Origin: Macrostomum lignano
Lineage: Eukaryota
Direction: 5' to 3'
DNA: 64,000 nt
NCBI GenBank assembly: GCA_002269645.1
Contig: NIVC01001651.1
Coordinates: 124,001 to 188,000 of the forward strand
The notes under the pieces were generated by a model. The model saw only the letters and a list, made by a program, of their open reading frames with translations. It did not search any database and had not been told where the DNA came from. A program made the translations under genes and the position numbers. Positions within the stretch are counted from its first letter, which is position 1. Every line of letters starts with the position of its first letter. Below are positions 40,782-59,911 of the stretch, piece by piece.

Positions 40782-41985
40782 CATGGATGAATAATATAAC
40801 TGGATCGCCAGAAGCTCGATTTTTTTTGTCCTGGCCATAGACAAGCATCAGCATCACAAGAAGCTCAGAATGCCGTACTTTCACACATAGACAAATAGCC
40901 GCTGCAGAAGCTGCAAACCTTTATTTATAAGTATACTTAGTAGGATAAATGAAAATATTTCAAATGTGAAGGCAAGCAAAGAAGAAAACGAATATGTAAA
41001 GGAATTAATACAAAACAGACACGAAAGTAGGCAAGTAAGCAAACAAGCACGTAGACAGACAGCAAACAAACAAACAATAAAAGGCGAAAACAAACAGCCA
41101 AATGAGTTGCAAGCAAACCGCGCAAGACAAATGAGAGTCAAGTAAAGACAATAAATTCAAGGCGTCACCCGCACAATGCTAATTTGAAGTCACTGACCCA
41201 TGAAAATAATTTTTTGTTAGCATCTGACGCACAGTTGCTTTCACAGCGTGTTTTGTGTTTTAAGGTCGCTTCGGTACTTTTCCATTTTGCAACGCGTGGA
41301 CCAAAAAGTCTTAATCGTGCGCTTCTTGTGCTTCAGCCGCATCAACAGGCGCTGTCAGGTGTTTGGTGGTGGGTCAACTGATGTGCGTGTGGTTGCCGCG
41401 CTGCAACTGACAGGCATCGGCATCTCAAACTCACAGTCTCCAGTAGCTTCGTTTGCATAAGAGTTTGGATCGTGGAAGTCAGTGAGCTCTTGCGGTTCAA
41501 GCTTAGTCCACTCAAGCTTCGGAACTGCGCCAGTCATCAGTCGCTTGCTCCTCCCATGAGCCTGCATGTCTCGCTGTTCGAAGTGCAGCTCACAAAGGAA
41601 CTTAAGAGCTCCGAATTTGAAATGTGGCTTTGCTTGCACATTGCTGTTCCACTGCGCTAGTCGATACGGATCACCGATAGGATAAGAAAAAAGGGTGACA
41701 GGTTTCGTGCCTTGTCCACTTTTGGATAGGCATCCGATTGCAGCACAAATTCTGACGTCCTTATTCATCTCGCGAAGCCATCTTTTGCCGCCCTGCATAT
41801 ATTGCGAGCATGTGCTTGGACATAAAATAGAATACTTATAAATAAAGGTTTGCAGCTTCTGCAGCGGCTATTTGTCTATGTGTGAAAGTACGGCATTCTG
41901 AGCTTCCTGTGATGCTGGTGCTTGTCTATGGCTAGGACCAAAAAAAATCGAGCTTCTGGCGATCCAGTTATATTATTCATCCATG
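40782..41985 (-). mobile_element. Internally deleted P-superfamily (THAP) DNA transposon
   Basis: Inverted repeats of ~153 bp (40782-40934 / 41832-41985) begin CATGGATGAATAATATAA. Flanks are ATTAACAT / ATTAACAC (8-bp TSD, one mismatch). The element contains a THAP-domain ORF. Confidence 0.85.
41355..41768 (-). CDS. THAP domain protein (truncated transposase N-terminus)
   Basis: MNKDVRICAAIGC..LFSYP....W..LCELHF..RLMTGAVP shows the C2CH THAP signature with the AVP box. Confidence 0.8.
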   Translation of the reverse strand: MNKDVRICAAIGCLSKSGQGTKPVTLFSYPIGDPYRLAQWNSNVQAKPHFKFGALKFLCELHFEQRDMQAHGRSKRLMTGAVPKLEWTKLEPQELTDFHDPNSYANEATGDCEFEMPMPVSCSAATTRTSVDPPPNT

Positions 41986-42227
41986 ATTAACACCAAATAC
42001 GAGTATATTAATCAACCTTCAGCGACACTGCTGCTGCATCGATCTGAGAATAGTCAGTCAGTCGGTCAGGAGTAGTCTATGACTCAAACTACTATTTGAG
42101 CACTTGATACCACCTCGAGTGAAAGCGTTCAATCTGAAGAAAATAGGCGTAAAAATTAACTGAAAAAAGACACGTAGAAAGCTTTTTTAGTCACCAGTCT
42201 GCTAACTCGATCCAACGCCCGGCTTCA

Positions 42228-48500
<6,273 letters not shown>

Positions 48501-48844
48501 TTGATTAATTATGGCTCAATTAAAAACGGACTTGTGACGACGGGCCACTGTAGACTTTCTAATTACTGTTGACTAAAGACAAAATAATTTAATCAAAACA
48601 ATACACAATCTGTAGTTTTACAAATGGTTAACAACTATGCAAATTGCAACAGCAAGGAGACGCCTTCGGAAACCTTTATTGGAGTTCATTTTTCTTCGTA
48701 AGTTTCGAGTTTTTTATAGCAAGTTAATAATGGGTGTCTTTTGATAAATAAAATTGTAGCAGGTGATTTCATTGAATTCGCAACACTGTGCTGATGGGTG
48801 AATGCCGATTTTTTAGAAAAAAGCAGTGTTTTTTCTACAGAAAT

Positions 48845-49870
48845 GTGATTCTAAGAACGGGAGTGATGATTCTTAGAAAGGGAATGGCAATTCTAAGAAC
48901 GGGAGTGATGATTCTTAGAAAGGGAATGGCAATTCTAAGAAAGGGAGGCGATTCTAAGAACGGGAGTGATGATTCTTAGAAAGGGAATGGCAATTCTAAG
49001 AACGGGAGTGATGATTCTTAGAAAGGGAATGGCAATTCGAAGAAAGGGAGGCGATTCTAAGAACGGGAGTGATGATTCTTAGAAAGGGAATGGCAATTCT
49101 AAGAAAGGGAGGCGATTCTAAGAACGGGAGTGATTATTCTTAGAAAGGGAATGGCAATTCTAAGAAAGGGAGGCGATTCTAAGAACGGGAGTGATGATTC
49201 TTAGAAAGGGAATGGCAATTCTAAGAACGGGAGTGATGATTCTTAGAAAGGGAATGGCAATTCGAAGAAAGGGAGGCGATTCTAAGAACGGGAGTGATGA
49301 TTCTTAGAAAGGGAATGGCAATTCTAAGAAAGGGAGGCGATTCTAAGAACGGGAGTGATGATTCTTAGAAAGGGAATGGCAATTCTAAGAACAGGAGTGA
49401 TGATTCTTAGAAAGGGAATGGCAATTCTAAGAAAGGGGGCGATTCTAAGAACGGGAATGGTGATTTTTAAAAAGGGAATGGCAATTCTAAGAAAGGGAGG
49501 CGATTCTAAGAACGGGAGTTATGATTTTTAAAAAGGTATTGCCAGCTCATTCTAAGAAAATAAGCAATTATTTGAATAACTGGACAGGCCATTCTAAGAA
49601 AGGGAGCAGCCATTATAAGAAGGGGAGTGACCGTTATAAGAGAGTGACTATTAAAAATGAGTTGTCGATTTCTAAAAACGGAGTGACGATTCTAAGATAG
49701 AAACGGCGTTTCTTAGCACGGAGCAGCAATTCTTAAAAAAATGATGCGACATTTCTAAGAAAAGACTGGGTATTCTAAGAAAGTGATCGGCCATTGAAGT
49801 TTCTTAGAATGCGAGCGGCCACTCTTACAAACGGAGATTACTCTTTCTGAGAAAGTATGCAACGTTTCCT
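48845..49870. repeat. 42-bp (2x21) and 19-bp minisatellite with TTCTAAGAA/TTCTTAGAA cores between convergent genes
   Basis: Regular to ~49520, then degenerate to ~49870. Confidence 0.9.
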
Positions 49871-50161
49871 AAAAAAGGGTTGGTCAATTTAATTGCAAAT
49901 AACAATATGTGGACTAGTTGATTAATTACGTAAGTGCAAATACACAGCTAGAGAAACAACTGTGCTAGTAATAGCTAATAGTAGCAGGTAATTAATGAGA
50001 CACAGAGCGATTAAAAATTACAACAGATAAACAGTATATTAGTATAATTGTAAGCGGATTGCAAAAAATAAACACAAAAATAGCACAGTCAGACGATTGT
50101 ATTATTGAGAGTTTCAGCTGCCTGTCACGTGAGCAGTAATAACTATGCTCAAGCCAACAGC

Positions 50162-53100
50162 TCAAGCCGTCAGCACGCTCGACTGCAGGTAGGCAGCATC
50201 GTCCACGGCGTCGGTGAGCTGCGCCTCGGAACTGGAAGCCGCCAGTGATGGACAGCCTGCAGGTTGTGGGGGCCGAAGGGTCAGGCCATTCTTAAAGGGA
50301 ATTCAGTCAGGCCATTCTTAAAGGGAATTCAGTCAGGCCATCCTAAAGGGAATTCAGTCAGGCCATTCTTAAAGGGAATTCAGTCAGGCCATTCTCAGAG
50401 AGGGAATTCAGTCAGGCCATTCTCAGAGAGGGAATTCAGTCAGGCCATTCTTAAAGGGAATTCAGTCAGGCCATTCTTAAAGGGAATTCAGTCAGGCCAT
50501 TCTTAAAGGGAATTCAGTCAGGCCATTCTTAAAGGGAATTCAGTCAGGCCATTCTTAAAGGGAATTCAGTCAGGCCATTCTTAAAGGGAATTCAGTCAGG
50601 CCATTCTTAAAGGGAATTCAGGCAGGCCTTTCTCAGAGAGGGAATTCAGTCAGGCCATTCTCAGAGTCAGAGAGGGAATTCAGTCAGGCCATTCTCAGAG
50701 TCAGAGAGGGAATTCAGTCAGGCCATCCTCAGAGTCAGAGAGGGAATTCAGTCAGGCCATTATCAGAGTCAGAAAGGGAATTCAGTCAGGCCATTCTCAG
50801 AAAGGGAATTCAGTCAGGCCATTCTCAGAGTCAGAGAGGGAATTCAGTCAGGCCATTATCAGAGTCAGAGAGGGAATTCAGTCAGGCCATTATCAGAGTC
50901 AGAGAGGGAATTCAGTCAGGCCATTATCAGAAAGGGAATTCAGTCAGGCCATTCTCAGAAAGGGAATTCAGTCAGGCCATTCTCAGAGTCAGAGAGGGAA
51001 TTCAGTCAGGCCATTATCAGAGTCAGAGAGGGAATTCAGTCAGGCCATTCTCAGAAAGGGAATTCAGTCAGGCCATTCTCAGAAAGGGAATTCAGTCAGG
51101 CCATTCTCAGAAAGGGAATTCAGTCAGGTGATTCTCAGAAAGGGAATTCAGTCAGGTCATTCTCAAAGGCAATTTAGTCAGGCGATTCTCAAAATAAAAT
51201 TAGCCGGGCGATTCATAAAGGCAATTCAGTCAGTCTCACTTAACAAAGGAGCCACGTTAACAAAGACCTTATTTAACATACCAGCCTGGAAGTGAGCCTC
51301 CAGCAGCATTCGGTCTTTGTAGCGGGCCTTGCAGCCGCCGCACTCATACAGGGTGTCACCGCCAGCGGCCACGGCGGCCGCAGTTGTCTCAACAATGAAA
51401 GCGGACATCGGCTTGGAGTGTACAGCGGTGTAGTGCTCGTACAGTTGCTCCGGCCCGGCGAACATGGCCGCCTCTTGGGCAGACTTGTTGCCAAGCTGTT
51501 GTACTCTGGCAGACACGCAGAGACGACAGGGCACGGGACCTTCCGGCAATGATTTCGGATTGGTGTGAACCGACCAGATGTGAGTCTTGTTGAGCGACTC
51601 GGTCTTGCAGTTGAGCTGGCAGACTGGGCAGCACACGATCTGGGTGGAGTTGGCGATGGTGATGTACTGGATATAGGCTACTCAGTGGCACCCAGAGGGG
51701 GGGTCGTCGCCACACACCCCCTCAATCACCCCAGCTAATGCTGGCACCCATTTTACAGCTGGAATGAACTGAAGCAATGCAGAGTTTTAAGTGTCTTGCT
51801 CAAGGACACAAATTGTTCCAGTGGGGGGATCGGGAATCGAACCCCGACCTTCAAGTCGCAAGTCCGACGCTCTAACCACTAGGCTAAAAACCCTAGCTGA
51901 AGTAGAAGTTGAAACTAGCATAAAATTACCTTTTTATTCAGCTGTGTCAGCGTAAGACTTGGGATTAATGATGGGATGCATTTGACTAACTGACAATTTA
52001 GTTTTCAGCAGTGCATTTCTATTCCAATTCCCATTCCCCCCCGAGTCAACTACTAGAGCCTGCATATACCTGCCGCCACTCATTGGGATGATTGCGCTGC
52101 AGATGCAGCTGGCCAGACATCAGCTGATCGAAGCTCTGCGAGCACAGTGTGCACGCGTACAGAATCTGCTGCTGCTGCTGCTGCAGCGGAGCGGTGGCCG
52201 CCGCTACCAATTCGTCTTGGGAGGCGAACTCCGGGTGCAGATCGGAGAAATGCTTCAGCAACAGAGGCAGGTCCGTATAGGTCTCGTTACAGAGGCCGCA
52301 GCAATAAGCGTAGCCTTCGCCAGCCGAGGCCTCCGCCTGCTCCTGTTGCTGTTTGGCGTCGCTGCTGCCAGAGTCGCCAGCGGTTCCGGCGGTGACAACG
52401 GCTCTGCTGCCATCCGAGCCGTGATTGGCGGTCACGTGTTCCTGGGAGAGGGAGGTGGGGCGGCGGGCGGACTGCACCTTTGATCATTTATTGACCACTG
52501 CCTAAGCAGCTGGGAGGCTGGCCCAGCAACTGAGGATCTGGGTGGCTGGCCCAGCAACTGAGGGTTTGGGAGGCTGACCCAGCAACTGAGGATTTGGAAG
52601 GCTGGCCCAGCAACTGACATTCTGGGAGGCTGGCCCAGCAACTGAGGATCTGGGAGGCTGGCCCAGCAACTGAGGATCTGGGCGGCTGGCCCAGCAACTG
52701 AGGATCTGGGCGGCTGGCCCAGCAACTGAGGATCTGGGCGGCTGGCCCAGCAACTGAGGATCTGGGCGGCTGGCCCAGCAACTGACACTGTGGGAGATTA
52801 GTGAACCAGTAAATGAGGACCCTATAGAGCTGTGGCTCTCTACTGTATTCTGTATCCAGAAAACTGCAAAGCGGACTAAGGCACTACAACCTCATGCACA
52901 CACACACACCTGCAGCGTGTCAAAGTACACGAACAGAGCGCCACAGTGCGGGCAAGCGTGAGGCGGCTGGTCAAGGTGTTCAATGCGCAGGTGATCGGCC
53001 AGCCAGTTGCAGCAGCGAGCACCGGTGAACATCTTGCCGCAGGCGTTGCAAGCAACCCGACGCCTGTCGACTGGCGAACGCAGTGGAATGTCGGCGCGCA

Positions 53101-53503
53101 GCAGGCGGGTGTGATGCTGCTGCTGCTGCAACACAATGGCACTGCGGACAGCGACACCACCGCCACCGCCAGCAGGGCTGACATTCTCGGCATCGCCGAT
53201 GCTCAAGTGTACAGCAGGCAGCGGCGGCGGCGGCGGCTCCTGCTGATGGTCCCGCTGCTCTTCCTGCTGCTGCTGGTCAGCCGCCTGCGGCGATGCAGCA
53301 ACTGTCGATTCTTCAACCGCCTGATCCACTTGCTGCTGAGCGGCCGCTGATCTGGCCACCTCAGCGACCTCCTCGTCTGGCATTCGCACTGACACGGTGA
53401 ATCGAGTCTTTTTGCTACCCGCTGCGGTGCATTTTCTTTTGTGCTGATTGAGCAGCTTCTGGCTAAAGAAGGCCGAAGAGCAATCTGTGCAGCGGAGCGA
53501 CAT
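50162..53503 (-). CDS. C2H2 zinc-finger protein (~493 aa, about 8 fingers)
   Basis: Exons 53503-52910, 52477-52070, 51666-51282 and 50256-50162; GT-AG, phases consistent. Fingers include CNACGKMF..HLRIEH, CGLCNETY..HFSDLH, CTLCSQSF..HLQRNH and CPVC..HIWSVH. The acceptor at 52477 is uncertain. Confidence 0.82.
50280..51195. repeat. 26-bp minisatellite (CCATTCTTAAAGGGAATTCAGTCAGG and variants) in ZnF intron 3
   Basis: More than 30 tandem units with 26-35 bp variants. Confidence 0.95.
51685..51893 (-). mobile_element. Second copy of the CORE-type tRNA-SINE, in ZnF intron 2
   Basis: Reverse complement matches 10178-10370 (TAGTGGTTAGAGCGTC..GGTTCGATT..CCTTGAGCAAGACACTTAA..CTGTAAAATGGGTGCCAGCATTAGCTGGGG). 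Confidence 0.88.
52500..52787. repeat. 28-bp minisatellite (GGCGGCTGGCCCAGCAACTGAGGATCTG) in ZnF intron 1
   Basis: About ten tandem units. Confidence 0.93.
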
Positions 53504-53749
53504 GATCAGCAAGGCAATAAATAATAAGCAAGGCGAGACTGATTATACTTAAAACTTTACAAGCAGTAAAGTGTTCTGTACAATTTTGCATCGTTTTTAT
53601 AATTTTTAAATATCATCTACATACTTCTACTATAAGTAGTATAGTAGTTCGTTAAAAGTTTTTATTTTTGTTCAATGGAATATTTTTTTAATATTACAAT
53701 TACATCTATATTGCAACGAAGAATGTGCAGAATGCATCAAAATAAAGAG

Positions 53750-53875
53750 CACATTGAACTTGAGTATAGGTAAATCAAAATTTAATAAACAGTTGCGTGT
53801 AACTGGGATCCTTGAGTATACTTGAGTATAGACAAATAAAAATTTAATAAACAGTTGGGTGTAACTGGGATCCTA
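53750..53875. repeat. Local ~60-bp tandem duplication
   Basis: CTTGAGTATAG..AAATTTAATAAACAGTTG.GTGTAACTGGGATCCT occurs twice. Confidence 0.8.
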
Positions 53876-55899
53876 ATCTTACTTGCACCCATTTAGCCTA
53901 CTATAAGCCTATGTATATTCATTACAATCACAATTCTATTTATTTCAAAATACTAAGGATCTAAAAAAATATTGGCATTCCAATCTTGTGCTCTAATACA
54001 TAATCATAAACATGCTTATCATGTCTTATACCATAATGAATAAAAAATTTAAAAGCATTTTCATTGCATATTATTCTTTTTTCCTTTTTCATTTTGCTAT
54101 CAATTTTACAATTTTAATATATAGTCAAGAAGGTGGCCTTTTTGCTAAAAAATCTAGCATGCATTAGCCCCTCAATAGCCCATTTGGTATGCATTTGGCA
54201 TACTGTGTACATTGCAAATTGTATTTGGCATACAAAAAGTGGTATACGTTGAAGCTATTTGAAAATCCAAGTATCTTCAGAAGTTTAGTTTCTGTAACAA
54301 AAACTGTATCAACATTTCAAAGGAAAAGGTTATAGTTAAAACATTATAAAAGTACAAATGAAAATAAAAAAAATATTAATAGAATATTCTAGTGCTTTTT
54401 TTAAATAAAAAGTACTATGACTTCACATAAATGCAAGTTATTATAAAGGAAAAATACACACAACACTTACTTTGTTATAATGTAAATATAAATGTCAAAA
54501 ATGGAAAAAAGTTCTTTTATTGTCATAGTGCAAAAAAAGTAAAGTTGCATAATTTTGGCATACATGATAAATTGATAATCACATATCTAATTTTTTGTGT
54601 ACTTGGTATATATAAGGGCCAAGCATTTGCTTGGAATTAGCATGCATGTAAAATTGGTTTGGGGCATCTTTATCTTAATATGCATTTAGAATTATAGTTA
54701 CTTTGGTCCAATGACAGGCAGTTTGATGACTAACAAACATAGGTTAATTATGTATATAACTTTGGCCAATCAGTTTTTACTGACAATAAAACCAATGTTA
54801 AAATGTACATAGTAGGAATGGGGTGGCTGTATACTGGACAACAAAATTATGGGATAGCTGACCAAGGGGTGAGGGGTAAATTGAGTCATCACGCAGAATC
54901 ATGTACATGTCTATGTACAGTACATTTTAACGTTGGTTTTAAAATCAGTAAAAACCAATTGGCCAAAGTTATCTTCATGGCTATTCATTTCCTGATTGAC
55001 ATTTAGATTCACAGCTGCTATAATTTTTCTTTACTTGAATGGAATGCCTTAAAATTTTACAAAACCTTTGTCCCCGTTTGACACAGCCAGGATAAAACAG
55101 TATATAAAATATCTCAGCATTTAATTTTTAAAAAGCCTATCTCTATAATGTATTATTAGGCCTATGCAACTCAGAAGAACATCTTAAAATACATTTCTCT
55201 TCAAGACGCACATAAAATGCCTTGGCAAGTAAAAAATCAGCACCATAGCTTAAAAGCCAGTAAGAGTTATATTTTCACTTTATCACTCTATATTTTCACA
55301 TGAGATGAGCTGGACCCCCAAAATACTGTACACTACGGATATAGAGATGAGAAGAACACGTACAGTTGTCAAAAAGTACTCAAAAAAGTATTGATCGAAT
55401 ATTCTAGATCATTGAGGTGGGAGCGGAGGAAGGCGACCGGTTTTTCAGTTTATAAGAGAAGTAGTAAGAGAATTTGGCTCAGGCAATTAGCCTGTTTGGC
55501 CAATATATTATAGAGCTATCGCTATGTATTTGGAAAAGTTTTCGAAATAGAAGTTTATAAAGACGATTTGCCGCGAGTTAGTAGTAGTAAGAGTTAGAGT
55601 TATTGTAAAAGATAAAGTATTTGAAAGCGCGCCAGAATTTTTACGGTATTTTTGGACGAAAAGTGACGACTAACAACTAACAACGAGTATAAATATTAAT
55701 ACAAAAATGAGTACAAATTACGAGGTATAGCTTTAATTGCGAGATTACTTTGGTAAGCGAGTTTGTAAAAAAAGATGTAGTATTTTTTAAAGCGCGTGAT
55801 ATTTCAAAGCGTGAAAAAACGAACATAAACAATACTTCGAAAGAACTTTACGTTTAACGAATAACGACGATTTAAATAGGGAATTAAAAAAGACAGTAA

Positions 55900-58870
55900 A
55901 TGAATAAACAACTGAAAAGCGGATTTGTTACACTGCTAATGTATCTGATTCAGTTTGTTTAACTGTTTTTGCTATTCATGACTTCATATATTTTAGCTAC
56001 ACCAGTGAGTTCTTTTCTGACTCTTTTTTCATTTGTAGCATATCCTATCTTGTGTATTTGATTGCTATTTAAGAGGTATTGACAGAAGTATTTTTTCCTG
56101 ATCTCTTCAGTTTGTGGACATTCGGTCAAGTAGTTTAGGATGTCAGAACCATTTCGCGCTCCACACATTTTACATGGTTCTTGAGAAAAAAAGTTGGGTG
56201 TAATCTCGCATTTCAGTTTTAGGAGGGTTGTTAAGAATTTTTTGTTTCTAAATGTACATGGAAAGTAATCTGAAAGGTCGGGCTTGCAGATTTTTTTGTA
56301 GAGATAGGCGTTTTTGTAGAGTTTAATATGTTGCTGATTCTCTAGCTTTTGGCTAAGTTCTCTTTCTCTGTGTATCTTGAGGTGCTTTTTCACTAGGTAT
56401 TTCTCGTTATTAAAGCTTTGGGAAAGTTTATCTTCAGTTAGTGCTTTTAGGTCTATACTTTCTAGTTTCTTTAGTACATTCATTTTCCATGGATTTTTTT
56501 GGCCGGTGCTTGAGTAGAAAATTTCTAGAGTCGTTTGGCAGAGTTTTTTGTGTCTAATCTTCAGCCAGTAGATGAGGTAGGTTTTAGCGATTCGTTGAGA
56601 GATTGGAGTAAGCTCAAGTTCTGATGATATCACACTGTTGCTAGCAAATTTTGGTAGATTGAGGAGATATTTGTAGAATTTCAGCTGAATATTATCAATA
56701 GCTTTTGTATCAGACATGGTAGCCAGAGGGCCCCAGAGCTCACAACCGTAAGTGATAACGGGGGTAACAAGCGCGTCAAATAGTCTGCGAATGAGTGTGA
56801 TGTCTAGGGACGTATTCTTTACCCTATGGAGTAGGGAAAACATGGCTGTATATCCCTGCTTAGTTTGGTGTTCAATACATTTTTTAAAGCTGTTTTTTGG
56901 TTTAAAAATAATTCCCAGGTATTTAAATTCATTTACTTCTTCTATTTCTTGGTTGTCGTAGTATATTTTTGTAGCAATGCTATCTGTGTCGTTTTTTTGT
57001 CTGGTATTGCCCTGCATAAACTTTGTTTTGCTTGCGTTTACTTTCAAGTAATTTTGTTTGCAGTAATTTTCCATAGTCGTAAATGTGTCTTGAAGTTCGT
57101 CTTTGTTTTTAGCTAGAATGGCTTGATCGTCTGCAAAGAGTAGGATGAGTGGGAGCGCCTAGCGATCTCGTAAGAGAGCGCCTAGCGCTAGAGAGTTCAA
57201 GATATTCAACAATGTCGTCAATATATAGTTCAAAAAGAATGGTAGAGAGAGGGTTGCCTTGAAGAACACCTTTAGATATTGGGATTGGCTGGGTTTCATC
57301 ATCATCATCATCTTTTTTTAGAATGAAGCAGGCATTTTTATGCATGTTCTTGATAAGTTCCATCATTTGACCTTTAATACCCTGATTATCCGTTTTGCAC
57401 CAAAGGGTCGGTTGATTTAAGCTATCGAGGGCTTTTTCATAGTCAACAAATCCAATAAAGAGTTCTTCTTTGTTGTAGATGGATTGGTTTATAATGTTGT
57501 AAAGATTAAAACATTGGTCGATTGTGCTGTGATTGGGCTTGAAACCGTATTGGTATTTTGATATAAGATTGTTTGCGTATGCTAGGTTTTCGAGTCTGGA
57601 TTTAATAATTTGGCAAAAGAGCTTGCCAAGAATTGGTTGAATGCAGATTCCTCTGTAATTGTTGGGGTCGGCACTGCTGCCTTTGTTTTTATAAATCGGA
57701 TGAAGTGTATTTGTTATCCAACTAGTTGGGAAGGTTCCTTGTTTGAGTGCTTCGTTGAAAAGTGAGCATAGGAGGTCAGCAAGTTCGTTCTCGAGGTATT
57801 TGAGTGTTTCTTCATATACTTTATCGTGCCCAGGTGCTTTGTCGGTTTTGAGCTTTTTGATATGTTTTATAACTTCTTCTTTGGTGAATGGGGCATTGAA
57901 ATCCTCTAAATCAGCCAGAATAGGGTTGTCAAGGTGAAGATTGTATGATAGTCTAATGCTGCTGTCTTGTTCAGTTACAAGATTTTGAAAGTGTATGACA
58001 AATTTTTCATCAATTGTTACTCTGTTGTTTGAGGGATTTGGTGTTTTTAATAAGTTCCAAAGTTGTTTTGTATCGTTTTGAATAAAGGCCTGGTTGATCA
58101 TGTTGTCTGCACAGAGAGTTGTTTCAAATTTCCATGAAGTGAGCTTTTTTTCGTATGCTTTTTTGAGTTGTACTTTGCTTGAGAGGTTGTTGGGAGTAGG
58201 GAAGGTTTTATATCTTCTGCAGGCATGTCTAGCAGCGTTTCTTAAATCTTTAAGGAAGCGAGGCAGTGTTGAGCATAGTGGGTTCTTTATCTCTACTGTG
58301 ATGTTGCTTTGAATTTGTCTAACTTTTCTACTTAATTCATTTATAAAAGCTGGGTTTTGTATGTCTAGATTTGTGATTTTGTAATGCATGTTTTTCAGGT
58401 CATTTGCGAAGTTATTGATATGTTTTTCTTGTGCAGGTTGGGTTTATGTGACTTTTTTAGGACTCTGTATCTCGTTTTCGAGTTATTGGTTGCTTGTTTA
58501 GTTTCTGTGATTTCCTCTGTGAATTCACTTGATAAGGAGAGCACTATGGTTGTGGTCGCTAAAGTAGGTGTGGTTCTTTACTTTAAAGTCTTCGAGGTGT
58601 TGGAGTAAGCTGGTAGAGACGAAACAGAGATCTATAACAGAGGAACCAGATTTTGAGAGAAAGGTGAATTCACCATTTGTGTCTGATAGTGATCTACCAT
58701 TGATTAGATGCAGGTTGTATGAGTCAGTAATCTGGTTAAGTAGTCTACCATTTTTGCAGTTTTTCTTGTCTTGGCTTTGTCTAGTAAGTGAGATGTTTTT
58801 TGCTCTGGTGGTATATATTGAATTTAAATCTATGTATGAGGTATTGTTTATATGAGCATTGAGTTTCCAG
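55900..58870 (-). mobile_element. CR1/L2-group LINE, ORF2 (partial endonuclease + RT), 5'-truncated and frameshifted
   Basis: Endonuclease C-half (NLHLINGRS..GEFTF..GSSVIDLCFVS..SDHN), RT (KAPGHD, NYRGI, QYGFKP, FVDYEKALD, GVLQGNPLS, LFADDQ) and C-terminal CKMC. Frameshifts near 58560 and 57170. AT-rich, unlike the host exons. Confidence 0.92.
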
Positions 58871-59687
58871 TTCCCAAATCGTATTTTAAAATCCCGCCGT
58901 AACGGAATATGTTACAACGCATATTAAAACAAATGTTTACTGCTTAAAGAATGAAGTTGGCATTAATGTTGTTAAAAATGAATAAAATACAATATTATTC
59001 AAATGTTTTCTTATTTTATTTACATTTTTTGGTAGAAACAAGTACTATTATAGAGGCGAATATTCAAAAAACCACGTTTCGATCTCGGAGTCAACTCGAT
59101 CTATCATTATCGTTGTGTGATAATGTGACGATAACAGTATGAAGTAAGAACTCTTCTAAATATTATACAAATAAAAAATTAATATGTAGAATGAATAAAC
59201 AAAGAAACTTGTAGACAATTATAGAAAATTTTTCGTTCTTTTTACACTTGATAAAGACAGTAGTTAACTACAATTAAGTTAACTACAATTACTTTGAACT
59301 CAAAAATATTGTGGTAAATTAATAAATTAACTAATAGCAATTCAAATAATGGTTTCAATTGACACTAAAAAATTTGTAAAAGTTAAAGGTCCTTATAAAA
59401 CATGGGTTATGAATATTACATGTGAAATAAAAATATTGAGATAAAAATATAAGATAGGATACATGTAATTTATAAGATTATGATGTTACTTCTCCAGAAG
59501 AATGCATGTAATTGTCATAAAATTCTATCAATAACTTAATACAGACAATACGTAATTTAATCCAATAGTGCACCTTGAATTGATTAATTGTAATTTTTCT
59601 ACAGACCTTACAAATCTAATTGATCAAATATTATAAAACATGTAAATATTTAGCACAATTAGATGTAATTCTTAACTTGCATGTGAT

Positions 59688-59911
59688 CAGGGGCGTCAGC
59701 GCGTCACTATGGATTTTATGGTGGGGGACAAAGTCAAGAATTCTAAGTGACGAAATTCCTACATTAATTTTTATATCGGTGTTTTTAACACTCAGTTTTA
59801 TTGCCAAACAGACACTCATTTTGTTCGCTTTTTCATAGCTTTCACTCAGACCAGGGGGGGGGGAGTTGTCCCGATGTCAGCCCCTGTCCCGCGCGGTGAC
59901 GCGGGCCCTTG
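59688..59911. mobile_element. hAT-like MITE
   Basis: Ends CAGGGGCGTCA / TGACGCGGGCCCTTG; perfect 8-bp TSD CATGTGAT at 59680-59687 and 59912-59919. Confidence 0.75.

Noticed and set aside
54130-55880. Possible DNA transposon ends (TTTGGCATAC and GTAAGAG motifs) in an AT-rich region
   Set aside because: No TIR pair, TSD or coding similarity could be established by eye.
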